The notes under the pieces were generated by a model. That model did not search any database. It worked only from the letters and a program-made list of their open reading frames with translations, and had not been told where the DNA came from. A DNA stretch of 64,000 nt, taken from positions 928,001-992,000 of the forward strand of contig CAWIIQ010000001.1 of the NCBI GenBank assembly GCA_963836185.1, in the 5' to 3' direction. Of the stretch, positions 10,023 through 20,218 are shown piece by piece; the first letter of the stretch is position 1, and each line of letters begins with the position of its first letter. Both the position numbers and the translations under genes were made by a program. This DNA is from Candidatus Krumholzibacteriia bacterium (lineage in GTDB: Bacteria > Krumholzibacteriota > Krumholzibacteriia > Krumholzibacteriales > Krumholzibacteriaceae).

Positions 10023-10958
10023 CTACCATCCCGCGCTGGCGCCTTCACCTTCCAGGTATTTCAGGGCATCGATTGCGGCTCTGCATCCGCTGCCTGCCGC
10101 CGATATCCCCTGCTTGTATCTCGTATCACCGACATCGCCGGCTACGAATATTCCCGGTACCGACGTAGTCGAGTTCTCTCCGCCCTTTATATACCCGTGG
10201 TCGTCGAGCTCGACCTTGCCGGCAAATACGCCGGTCGCGGGGTCGTGTCCGATAGCCACGAAGACCCCATCGACGGGGAGCTCGGTCGTTTCGTCTGTCT
10301 TCACGTTCCTCAGGACGACCGCGGTGACCTTTCCCTCAGCCTTGTCGAGTATGTCGACCGGGACCGAGTCCCAGATGATCTCGACCTTCTCGTTCTCCAT
10401 CGTCTTTTTGACCATCGCTGCCCCGGCCCTGAGCTCATCGCGTCTGTGCACGAGATAGACCTTCTTGGCGAAGCGGGTAAGGAAGGTGGCTTCCTCCGTC
10501 GCCGCGTCTCCGCCGCCGATGACGGCGACTACCCGGTCCTGGAAGAAGAAACCGTCGCATGTCGCGCATGCCGACACGCCCTTGCCGCGAAGCTCCTGCT
10601 CCGACTCGAGGCCGAGCCATCTCGACGATGAGCCTGTCGCGATGATCACGCTCTTCGCCTCGAAGATGTCGCTGCCCACGGTAAGCTTGAAGGGGCTGCT
10701 GCCTGTCTCTATAGCGGAGAGTTCTCCCGACTTGAACTCGGCTCCGAACTTCTCAGCCTGCTTGCGCATCCGGCCCATAAGCTCGGGGCCCTGTATCCCC
10801 TCGGGGAAACCGGGGAAGTTCTCGACCTCTGATGTGATCATCAGCTGTCCGCCCGGGGCCATCCCGTCGACAACGGCTGTCTTGAGGTCGGAGCGCCCTG
10901 TGTATATAGCCGCGGTGAGCCCGGCAGGCCCTGATCCGATTATCGCTACGTCATACAT
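10023..10958 (-). CDS. trxB: Thioredoxin reductase
   Basis: GSGPAG, VENFPGF, CATCDG, GGGDAA, HRRD, AGDV. Confidence 0.95.
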   Translation of the reverse strand: MYDVAIIGSGPAGLTAAIYTGRSDLKTAVVDGMAPGGQLMITSEVENFPGFPEGIQGPELMGRMRKQAEKFGAEFKSGELSAIETGSSPFKLTVGSDIFEAKSVIIATGSSSRWLGLESEQELRGKGVSACATCDGFFFQDRVVAVIGGGDAATEEATFLTRFAKKVYLVHRRDELRAGAAMVKKTMENEKVEIIWDSVPVDILDKAEGKVTAVVLRNVKTDETTELPVDGVFVAIGHDPATGVFAGKVELDDHGYIKGGENSTTSVPGIFVAGDVGDTRYKQGISAAGSGCRAAIDALKYLEGEGASAGW

Positions 10959-11039
10959 TTTAGAATCCTCCCGAAGGTTTGATTATCGTGTTTGCGGAAA
11001 TGGAAGTATAGGAGGGGAAAGGCGCTGACTCAAGCGAAA

Positions 11040-11897
11040 TCATTTCTTTCCGGCGCGCAGGCTCCTCAGCAGTGCTAGATTCCTCACGTCATCCTGGAGG
11101 TCGGCCTCCTTGGGCGTCTCGAGCACCATTGCCCTGTCCATAAAACGTTTGTCCTTCATCAGATAGGAAAACGCGTCGATGCCGATCTCTCCCTGCCCTA
11201 TATGGGTATGCCTGTCCTTGTGGCTTCCGAACTCCTTCATCGAGTCGTTTAGATGGAAGGCCTTGAGATAATCGAAGCCTACCGTCTCATCCAGGGCCTT
11301 GAATGTGGCGTTGTATTTACTTTTTGTCCTTATGTCGTACCCGGCGGTGAAGGCGTGGCAGGTGTCATAACATATCCCAGCCCTCGACTTGTCCTCGATA
11401 AGGTCTATGATTGCGGCGAGTTCCTCGAATGTCGAACCGATCGTGTTCCCGGCGCCGGCGGTTATCTCGAGAAGGATCGATGTGTCGTCGCCTGCTGTCT
11501 CTTCGTAGATCCGGTTGATGGTGGCTGCGATCGTCTCAATACCCTGGTCGACACCTGATCCCCTGTGCGAGCCCGGATGGAGTACGAGATAGGGGATGCC
11601 GAGCACAGCGCATCGCTGCAGCTCGACAAGGAGGGCATCGGTCGATTTCTTGAGAAGCTCGGAATCGGGCGAGGCGATATTTATCAGGTAGCTCGTATGA
11701 GCGATGATAAATCCCGGCGTGAACGACTCGCTCTCCTCGTGGAAGAGATCGATCTCCTCGGTGGTCAACGTCTTTGCCCGCCACTGGTTCGAGCTCTTCA
11801 CGAAAAGCTGCACCGCGTTGCAGTCGATCGACTTTCCGCGCTGCAGCGCGAGGTGGACGCCCCCCGATATCGACATGTGCGCTCCGAGATTCATCAT
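11040..11897 (-). CDS. nfo: Endonuclease IV
   Basis: LGAHMS, HTSYLIN, LHPGSH, DTCHAF, HLNDS, DRH, LETP; start reset to MMNLG after AAGGAGG. Confidence 0.92.
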   Translation of the reverse strand: MMNLGAHMSISGGVHLALQRGKSIDCNAVQLFVKSSNQWRAKTLTTEEIDLFHEESESFTPGFIIAHTSYLINIASPDSELLKKSTDALLVELQRCAVLGIPYLVLHPGSHRGSGVDQGIETIAATINRIYEETAGDDTSILLEITAGAGNTIGSTFEELAAIIDLIEDKSRAGICYDTCHAFTAGYDIRTKSKYNATFKALDETVGFDYLKAFHLNDSMKEFGSHKDRHTHIGQGEIGIDAFSYLMKDKRFMDRAMVLETPKEADLQDDVRNLALLRSLRAGKK

Positions 11898-11964
11898 GCC
11901 TCCTTGCCAGAACCCCCGGTCCGGTAGTAATATCACATACAGGCTCATAGATGCGAGGTGGAAA

Positions 11965-12288
11965 ATGACTGAAGAGCAAAGACACGAAGAAGAGGATGAT
12001 GAAGGGCTGGTCCAACTGATCTCCGTCCAGGGGGAGATGAACGCCCAGGTGATCATCGGCCTCCTCGAATCAGAGGGTATCGAGGGGATGATGAAATCTA
12101 ACCAGACGTTCAGCGCACTCCCGTTCACGGTCGACGGCATGGGGGCCGTCAGGATCATGGTCAGGAAGGAAGACCTCGAAAAGGCTAAGAAGGTCCTGGA
12201 GGCATACAGCAGTGAAGAGGACGAGGATAATCCTTCGCTGAAAAAGGAATTGACCGAATGGACCCCGCCCGAGGGGACGGCTCACTAG
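11965..12288 (+). CDS. DUF2007-family small protein
   Basis: AQVIIGLLESEGIE...VRIMVRKEDLEKAKKVL pattern; GAGGTG RBS before ATG 11965. Confidence 0.7.
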   Translation: MTEEQRHEEEDDEGLVQLISVQGEMNAQVIIGLLESEGIEGMMKSNQTFSALPFTVDGMGAVRIMVRKEDLEKAKKVLEAYSSEEDEDNPSLKKELTEWTPPEGTAH

Positions 12289-12305
12289 GATCTGCCGATT
12301 CGCAC

Positions 12306-12334
12306 TTGCCCGCCGGAGCGAGAGTCGTTATCAT
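12306..12334 (+). promoter_or_regulatory. Probable sigma70 promoter of the tRNA
   Basis: TTGCCC-17 bp-TATCAT. Confidence 0.45.
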
Positions 12335-12351
12335 AGATTCTGCCACAGGGT

Positions 12352-12427
12352 GGGAGCTTAACTCAGTGGTTAGAGTGCTACCTTCACACGGTAGAAGTCA
12401 CAGGTTCAAATCCTGTAGTTCCCACCA
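12352..12427 (+). tRNA. tRNA-Val (CAC)
   Basis: Acceptor GGGAGCT/AGTTCCC, anticodon arm CTACC-TTCACAC-GGTAG, T-loop GTTCAAATC, encoded CCA; 76 nt. Confidence 0.97.
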
Positions 12428-12439
12428 TCATTCTTAACG

Positions 12440-12469
12440 TTGACAGATAAGAATGATTCCCCATAGAAT
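12440..12469 (+). promoter_or_regulatory. sigma70-type promoter upstream of mscL
   Basis: TTGACA-18 bp-TAGAAT. Confidence 0.55.
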
Positions 12470-12601
12470 CCACACATTACGAAATAAATCAGTTTTGCTC
12501 CGGGTCGGACATCCGGCATCCGGCACAGGAGGACCATTATCGGGCAATGATGTGTTTGGAAGTTTTTCCGGCGTATTACTTACAATCAGGAGGAATCGGT
12601 T

Positions 12602-13006
12602 ATGGGAATGATGAAGGAATTCAAGGAATTCGCTATGAGAGGGAATGTCGTCGATATGGCCGTTGGTATAATCATCGGCGCGGCATTCGGAAAGATCGTC
12701 TCCTCATTCGTTGGTGATGTTCTTATGCCTCCGATCGGTGTGCTTCTCGGTGGAGTCGATTTCAGCTCCCTCGCGATCACGATCAAGGCGGCCGTGGGGG
12801 AGACTCCCGCTGTCATGGTCAGCTATGGCAAGTTCATCCAGACCATCATCGATTTCATAATCATCGCGTTCGCGGTATTCATGGCGATAAAAGGGATGAA
12901 TTCGATGAAGAAGAAAGAGGAAGAAGCACCGGCAGCTCCGCCGAAGCCCTCTGCCGAAGAAGTATTGCTCGGTGAGATCCGTGATCTGATGAAAGAGCGT
13001 AACTAG
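12602..13006 (+). CDS. mscL: Large-conductance mechanosensitive channel
   Basis: [44 protein letters not shown]. Confidence 0.97.
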   Translation: MGMMKEFKEFAMRGNVVDMAVGIIIGAAFGKIVSSFVGDVLMPPIGVLLGGVDFSSLAITIKAAVGETPAVMVSYGKFIQTIIDFIIIAFAVFMAIKGMNSMKKKEEEAPAAPPKPSAEEVLLGEIRDLMKERN

Positions 13007-13051
13007 GATATTTGCCACATGCGGATTCCGCAGTCCAAGGAAGGATCTTTG

Positions 13052-14128
13052 ATGTCGGACAGGATGATCAATCAGTTCATGGAGATGGTACAGATAGACA
13101 GCGAGTCGGGTGAGGAAGCGGCGATGATCGAGTATCTCCACAAGGAGTTCACATCGATGGGCGCCGACTCGACGATAGACAGCTACGGCAACCTCGTCGC
13201 GAAGTTCCCCGAGAAGGGATGCTCGGGCAAGCCTCCGATCCTCCTGTCATGCCATGCCGATACGGTGCAGCCCGGCAAGGGCATCAAGCCTGTCCTGAAG
13301 GACGGAGTGATCCGCTCTGAGGGCGACACGATACTCGGCGCCGACGACAAGGCCGGGATCGCCGAGATGCTCGAGGCTCTCAGGACCGCCGAGGTCCATC
13401 CGCCGGTCGAGGTGGCGATCAGCCGCCAGGAAGAGGTCGGGCTGCTCGGCGTCAAGAACATGGACTTCAGCCTGATCACAGCGAAGATCGGATTCCTGCT
13501 CGACAACGACACCCTCGATACGATCGTGATCGGCGGGCCTTCGTACTTTGCCATCGACGTCGAGATAAAGGGCAAGGCGGCTCATGCCGGGATGGAGCCG
13601 GAGAAGGGTATCAACGCGATCCAGGCAGCCGCGAAGGCGATCGCCGCCCTGGAGCTCGGCCGACTCGACACCGACACGACAGCAAACGTCGGCGTCATAA
13701 AGGGCGGGCTCATCCGTAACGGTGTTCCCGACAACGCCAGTTTCCTCGCCGAGGCGAGAAGCCTCAACCACGAGAAGGGGCAGGCGCTCGCCGACAGGAT
13801 GGTGGCCACGATAAAGGCGGAGGTCGAGGGCTTCGGAGCCGAGGTCGAGATCAAGGTCGACAACCTCTGCAAGGCCGTCGATATCCCCGAGGATTCGAAT
13901 ACGGTCGAGATATCGAAGAAGGCGCTGAAGACTGTCGGGATCGATGCCGAGACGACATTCATCACCGGATTCACCGACGCATCGATCTACAACAACGAGG
14001 GGATCGAGGTCGCGGTCGTCGGTATCGGCGCGCATGACGAGCATTCGACCGACGAGCACATCGCCGTCGCAGACATGGAGAAGGCGCTGAAGATGATCAT
14101 CGAGATCATGCGTCTCTGCGCGGAGTAG
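13052..14128 (+). CDS. M20 peptidase, PepT-like
   Basis: IDSESGEE, HADTV, LGADDKAG, QEEVG, GKAAHAG, HDEHS. Confidence 0.9.
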   Translation: MSDRMINQFMEMVQIDSESGEEAAMIEYLHKEFTSMGADSTIDSYGNLVAKFPEKGCSGKPPILLSCHADTVQPGKGIKPVLKDGVIRSEGDTILGADDKAGIAEMLEALRTAEVHPPVEVAISRQEEVGLLGVKNMDFSLITAKIGFLLDNDTLDTIVIGGPSYFAIDVEIKGKAAHAGMEPEKGINAIQAAAKAIAALELGRLDTDTTANVGVIKGGLIRNGVPDNASFLAEARSLNHEKGQALADRMVATIKAEVEGFGAEVEIKVDNLCKAVDIPEDSNTVEISKKALKTVGIDAETTFITGFTDASIYNNEGIEVAVVGIGAHDEHSTDEHIAVADMEKALKMIIEIMRLCAE

Positions 14129-14132
14129 TTAT

Positions 14133-17100
14133 TTAGGAGATATGGCCCTTGAAGATGACAGAGGTTCCTTCCCCCGGGGAGGAACCTACTGTCAGGGTAC
14201 CCTTTATACGCTCGGCCCGTTCCTTCATGTTCCTCAGGCCGTTTCCGTCGCGCGCTTCATCGATCACGAATCCATTTCCATCATCGACAAGCTGCATGAC
14301 GAGATTTTTCCCCGACAGCTCTACCTTCAGGGATATCTCTTTCGCGCCGCTGTACTTCAGGCTGTTGTTCAGCGCTTCCTTGAAGATGAGGAAGAGGTTC
14401 TGCCGGTATTCCATGCTGAGCCTGACATTCTTCAGTGATTCGAGATTCTGCGTATTAAAATGAATGTCGGTGGCGTGAATCGTCTCCTTGAACGAATCGC
14501 CGAGCCTCGAGATCAGGTCGTACAGTGAATCCCGCCGGGGATTCACCAGCCATACGATATCGCTCATGCTGTCGATAAGATGCCTCGAGGTTGTTCCGAT
14601 CCGCTCTATCTCCGGGGTGACAAGGCCTTTTGATTCCGGTGGCAGTTTGCGCGTGATTACCTCTCCCATGATCGAGATCTCGGTCAGCCCCGCGCCGATA
14701 TCATCGTGGAGGTCGGCTGCGATCTTGCTTCGCAGGCGCTCGATCGCCAGAAGCTGTCTTACGCGGTAGGTGATCAGGATCACGATGCCGCCTGTCAGCA
14801 CCAGGGCGGCGAGAGTGATGAACCACCATCTCTTCCAGAAGGGGGGAGTGATGATGATCCTGATAGATGCGACCTCGTCGCTCCAGACCCCGTCCCCGTT
14901 TGTGCCCCTTACCTTGAATACGTACTTGCCGGCGCCGACATTCGTGTAACCGGCAAACCTTCTCGTGCCGGCGTTGGTCCATTCCCTGTCGAGACCCTCG
15001 AGAATGTACGAGTACCGGTTTCTGTCCGGTTTTGAGAAATCGAGAGAAGCGAACTCGAATGAGAAGTAATTGTCCCTGTAGGACAGGGTGATCTCTTCGG
15101 TGCTGGAGATCGATCGCTCGAGTTCTGCCGGTTCGTCGAATATATTGAACCCGGTCAGTACGACAGGAGCATTGAAGGTGCTTTCATCGAGACTGTCGGG
15201 ATGGAACTCGGTGGCGCCGTCGACTCCTCCGAATATGAAGGTGCCATCGTCAGTCGTCGCAGAATGTCCCGGTGTTGAACTCGTTGCCGTGCAGGCCGTC
15301 ACGGGTGTCGAAATTCCTGAATGTCTCAGTTTCGGGGTCGAGGCGGGAGATACCGTAATTGGTGCTGAGCCACAGGGTGCCGCCCGTGTCTTCGAGAATT
15401 CCGTAGATAACGTCATTGGGAAGCCCGTCCTTCACCAGGTACCGCGTGAATACCGGCCGTTCCCGGTCCTCTTTCCGCAGGCGGGACAGGCCCTGCATCG
15501 TCCCGAACCAGAGGTCCCCGTTTTTCGCCTCATGGATAGTCAGGATGTAGCTGTTGCTCAGCGAACGGGGATCGGAAGGTTCATGGAAATACCGGGATAT
15601 GTCAGCTATCGAGACGGGCGGCAATGACGGGTCCATCTTATTCTTCGTGAAGGTGATCCTGTTCAGGCCGTCCGCGGTGCCCAGCCAGAAGATTCCTCTG
15701 CTGTCCTGAAGGATAGTTATTGTCTTGTAACTGCTGATACTTCCGGAATCGCCGGGGCGGGAGTTGAAATTCGTAAAGGTACCGGTCTCCGGAACGTAGT
15801 GGTCGAGTCCTCTGGATTCTGTGCAGAACCATATATCGCCGTCACTGTCCAGGTAGATATCGCGGACTACGTTGCTGCTGAGAGAATTCGGATCTTCAGA
15901 ATCATGTTTTAAAAAAAAGCTGTTGTTATCTGACGGATCAAAACGATATACACCATTCCTGTAACTGCTCAACCAGAGCCTGCCTTCATCATCCCAGTGC
16001 TGGGATCGAATATTCCCCTTTCTGCCATCAGGCCGCTTCTCCGGGATCTGGCTGTAATGTCTGTATTTACCCGTTTTCCGGCCGTAGCGGTCCAGATCCC
16101 CCGTATTGGTGCCGAACCAGATATCGCCGCGGGGACCACAGGAGACCGACCAGAGGATCCTGTCACTCAGGCTGTTCGGATCCGCGGGATCATGGATGTA
16201 ATGGCGGAACCTTGCTGTGCCCGGATCGGATGCGCTCAAACCGCCTCCGGAGTGGCCGGTCCACAGCATTCCACTCCTGTCCTCGCAGATCGATCTGATA
16301 CTGCTGCTCCCCAGGCTGCTCGGATCCGCAGGATCATGCCTGAAAGAACTGAATACATCTTTCTCACGATCGAGAAGGCACAATCCTCCCGCGACAGTCG
16401 CGAAATACAACCGGCCCCGCCTGTCCTCGTAGGCTTTCCTCAAATCATTGGTGCTGATACTGCCCGGATCGTCATCATCGTGAAGGTAATTGACGAACTG
16501 TCCCGATCCCGGATCGAAGCGGGAAAGGCCTCCTATCGTCGATATCCAGAGTATTCCCGAGCGGTCCCTGAGGATATGCCTGACATTATCATGAACAAGT
16601 GAACCGGATCCGGGGTCACCCGACCGATAGTGTGTGAATATTTCACTGTGGATGTCAAAACGGTCGAAGCCCGCACTTGTTGCGATCCACAGGATGCCGC
16701 TTGAATCCGGACATACGAATCTGACATTGTCGCTGGCCAGGCTGTTTTCTGAATCCCCGTCGTGAATGAATCTCCTGAATCCTCCGTTGCCCGGCGCGAG
16801 CATATTCAGTCCGCCATCCCGCGTCCCGATCCACATATTCCCGGACCGGTCCTGGTTTATCGAACGTATGCGGTTGCTGCTGATGCTGTTCGGATTCCCT
16901 GAATCGTGGAGGTAGCGGGTGAAGGTCCCGCTCTCATGATCGTATCGATTGAGCCCTGTCGAATAGGTGCCGGCCCATAGAAATCCATCACTGTCCACGA
17001 AGAGGCACCAGACATTGTTGTCGGAGAGTGATGCCGGATCATCCGGATCGTTCCTGAAAATGGTGAAATCATAGCCGTCGTACCGGTTAAGGCCGTCCTC

Positions 17101-17289
17101 CGTGCCGAACCACATGTAACCGGCATGGTCCTGGACAATCGTCTCTACCGTCGACTGGGAAAGGCCCTGCTCTATAGAGAAACGTTTGAACTGCATGCTC
17201 TGCCGAGAGAGAGCAGGCATGGACCAGTACAGGACGAGGAGCACTGTGCAGATCGTCAGTATCGTGCTTTTTCGGGATGGGAAATCCAT
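14133..17289 (-). CDS. Membrane sensor histidine kinase (Reg_prop beta-propellers, Y_Y_Y, TM, HisKA_3, HATPase), frameshift near 15260
   Basis: Repeated D-x-x-G-x-x-W-x-G-T and SLSxN motifs; YSYILEG...YTN...Y.F.V; PPFW; IAADLHDDIG; EALNN, DDGNGF, GNGL. Confidence 0.9.
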
Positions 17290-17484
17290 AAATCTCCGGA
17301 ATTGGTGGCTGTTTCCCCTGACATTACACCTATGGCTCCGATTCTAGACATTTTTCGTCTGTTAAACAAGCATCTTCGCTTTCCGGGACAATGTCTGAAT
17401 ACTACATATTCATGCGATTGATATAGATTCCCTCTTTGTATACAATCCGTTTGTAAGTGCGAGGAACCGGAGGAGGAGTCATTC

Positions 17485-18120
17485 ATGACGAGGATTGTAA
17501 TAGTCGAGGACAAGAAGCCTATCCGCGAGGGACTGGTCGTCCTGCTCGGTACTACCGAGGGAATCGAATGCGTCGCCGATTACGGCAACTGCGAGGATAT
17601 GCTCGCGAAGCTCGAGGCGGACAGGCCCGACGTGATCCTCATGGACATCGGGCTCCCGGGGATGTCGGGCATAGAGGGTACGAGGGAAGTGAAGAAGATA
17701 CTGCCCGAAGTGGTGATCATCGTCCTGTCCGTTTACGAGGATGATGAGAATATCTTCCAGGCGCTCTGCATGGGCGCGTCCGGTTATCTCGTCAAGAACA
17801 CTCCGCCGGCCCGCCTGATCGAGGCGGTCAAGGAGGCTCACGAGGGCGGCTCGCCGATGTCATCGAATATCGCCCGCCGGGTCGTCAATCTCTTCCAGAA
17901 GAACTTCGTTAATCCGGGAGACTCGGATGTGCAGCTGACCGAACGTGAGACCGAGGTTCTTTCGGGGCTCTCCGACGGCCAGAGCTACGTGTCAGTGGCC
18001 GACTCGCTCTTTATCAGCGTCGACACGGTCCGCTATCATATAAGGCACATCTACCAGAAACTCGAGGTCCACTCCCAGTCTGCAGCAGTGTCGAAAGCGA
18101 TCCGAAAGGGACTGATCTAG
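17485..18120 (+). CDS. NarL/LuxR-family response regulator
   Basis: VED, DVILMDIGLPG, GASGYLVK, LTERETEVL...TVRYHIRHIYQKL. Confidence 0.95.
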   Translation: MTRIVIVEDKKPIREGLVVLLGTTEGIECVADYGNCEDMLAKLEADRPDVILMDIGLPGMSGIEGTREVKKILPEVVIIVLSVYEDDENIFQALCMGASGYLVKNTPPARLIEAVKEAHEGGSPMSSNIARRVVNLFQKNFVNPGDSDVQLTERETEVLSGLSDGQSYVSVADSLFISVDTVRYHIRHIYQKLEVHSQSAAVSKAIRKGLI

Positions 18121-18147
18121 CCGGAGACAGCCGGTCGATCGACCCTG

Positions 18148-18182
18148 AAAAAAGCCGCTTCCGGTTTCCCGGAAGCGGCTTT
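18148..18182. terminator. Bidirectional terminator
   Basis: Perfect AAAGCCGCTTCCGG-tttc-CCGGAAGCGGCTTT between convergent genes. Confidence 0.85.
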
Positions 18183-18225
18183 CCTGTGTACACTCAGCCT
18201 TTCGGCCGAGCATGCGGGGATCTTT

Positions 18226-20047
18226 TTAATCTGCCTTTCTCACAAGACGCATCCCATGATAAGGCCCTCCGCTCCAGGGGCGGATAGCGGAGCGATGGTT
18301 TCTGGCATAGCCGCTCGCGTAAGCGCGAAAGACATAGTAGGTGCCTGTAGCGGGCCCTGTGGGATCGATATCGGGGCTCTCGAAGGTCCCCGTTCCATAC
18401 GGGCCGTAACGGTCCCAGACATGTTCACCGGCATTACCATGCATGTCGTACAGCCCCCAGTCGTTGGGGATCTTCGTACGGGTCTCGTAATTCGGGTGCG
18501 GATCGTTCCCGCAGTAACGGGCGATCAGATCGAGTACCGGATCGTCGCACAGTTCGTTCGTGATCTCACCGTTGGCGAATGCGGTCGTGCTGCCCGCCCT
18601 GCAGGCGTACTCCCACTCCGCTTCCGTAGGCATGCGGTATCCATTGGCGTTCCAGTCGCATGTCACCTCGTCACCGTCGGGATCTGTTCCGATGATCGTA
18701 TAGCAGGGGGTACAATCCTTCCGCTGTGGACAGCGCATTGCAGAACTCGAACCAGTCCATGCGGCCTTTATTGTATACCGCACGGTTTTCATACCCTTCA
18801 CTATATGCGTGCTCCGGAACGACTGACTGATACTGGGAGTGGGTGATCTCGTTCACGCACATATGGAAGGAACTGACCTGCACCCAGTGCTGGGTCTCGT
18901 CGTCCCTGCGGCCCAACTCGCGCCACCGGGCTTCCCATCTCGAACTTGCCGCCAGCGATAAGGACCATCTCGGGGGTCCATTCCTGGGTGTAGTTCCCTG
19001 TAAAGGTCTGATTGGGGGTCCCGTCCAGGGTCATCGTCTCCGTTGCAGGATCAGGAAGGTTCCATCCGGAAACCGCGCCCCAGGTGATCGTATACTCTCC
19101 CCATGGCCTGTCGACATAAGTACGGTCACCGGAACGATCGGCGGTCCATCCATCCGGGCCGTCGATGTGCCACGGCGCGTCGATCGCGTCGGGATTGGCA
19201 TCGATATACAGGTCCGAAACCTGGGCCGCGTAAGATCCCATAGAAGGTTATGATTCCGCCTTCGGTTAATGTCTTGCTATCCGGCGAGGGCGTGTTATAT
19301 CCAGATACCTCACCCCAGGTCACCGTGTACTCGCCGACGGCCATGTCGAGCAGTTCCTCGTATCCCGTCCCGTCGTGGCTGTAGCCGGCCGGGCCGTCGA
19401 GGTGCCATGGAGCATCGGTGGCGTTCTGCGGCTGGACGCGGACAGTCCCGGTGCTCGCAGTCTGTTCGGTGTAAGTCCCGTTGAAGGTCACCGTGCCCCC
19501 GTCGGTTAGGGCGAGCATCTCGGTGGCCGGATCGGGAAGATCCCATCCCGTAACGGCCTCCCAGGTTATCGTGTACGAACCCGGAGTAAGGCCGGGAATC
19601 GTCTCGTCGCCTGTGCCGCTGTGGCTGTAGCTGCTCGGGCCGGTCAATGTCCATGGAGCGTCGATCGTATTCGGCTCGGGATTGACCGTGATCGAGCCTT
19701 CCTGCAGTACGTAGGTGCCGGTAAAGGTGGTCGTATCGGCCGGCCGTCACAGTTTTCATCTCTGACAATGGACTCGGGCTGTTCCACCCGGACATCGCTG
19801 TCCAGGTGAGCGTGTAGTCGCCGGGCTCGAGGTCCTCAAGTGTCTCGTCGCCCGTTCCGTTATGAAGGTAACTGTCAGGTCCCGTCAGCTGCCATGTGCA
19901 GCTCAGGGTGTTCGGGCTCCTGTCGACGACGACCGTTCCCGTGGTTTCAGGTTCGGGATCGGGCGCCGCCGGATCGTCTTCTCCACAGCCGATGGCTGAA
20001 ACACAGATCAGCGCAAGGACCATGAAGATGGAAGTAAATCTGGTCAT
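18226..20047 (-). CDS. Lipoprotein with four Ig-like repeats and a C-terminal FGE-sulfatase (C-lectin fold) domain; several frameshifts
   Basis: Lipobox SAIG-C; repeat W-x-L-x-GP...GTGD...PG-x-YT-x-TW...GW-x-x-P across ORFs 19310-20047, 19126-19647 and 18801-19241; FEMGS, EIT, YRMPTEAEWEYACRAG, PNDWGLYDMHGN, GMRLVR. Confidence 0.8.
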
Positions 20048-20148
20048 TTACTACCCCCCCGCAATAAATGAAATGAGTGTTTGAAAGGAAAGCGTTGCTT
20101 CCTTTCGCCGCTTGTCCTGATTTTAGTTGAGACCGGCCGGTACGTAAG

Positions 20149-20216
20149 CCGCATGACTATGCGGTTTCAGAGTGAAAAAGAGAGTATAGGGGGGATACCC
20201 CCGCATATTTATGCGG
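20149..20216. promoter_or_regulatory. Pair of identical-arm palindromic operators CCGCAT-N4-ATGCGG
   Basis: Copies at 20149-20164 and 20201-20216, 52 bp apart. Confidence 0.55.
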
Positions 20217-20218
20217 GG

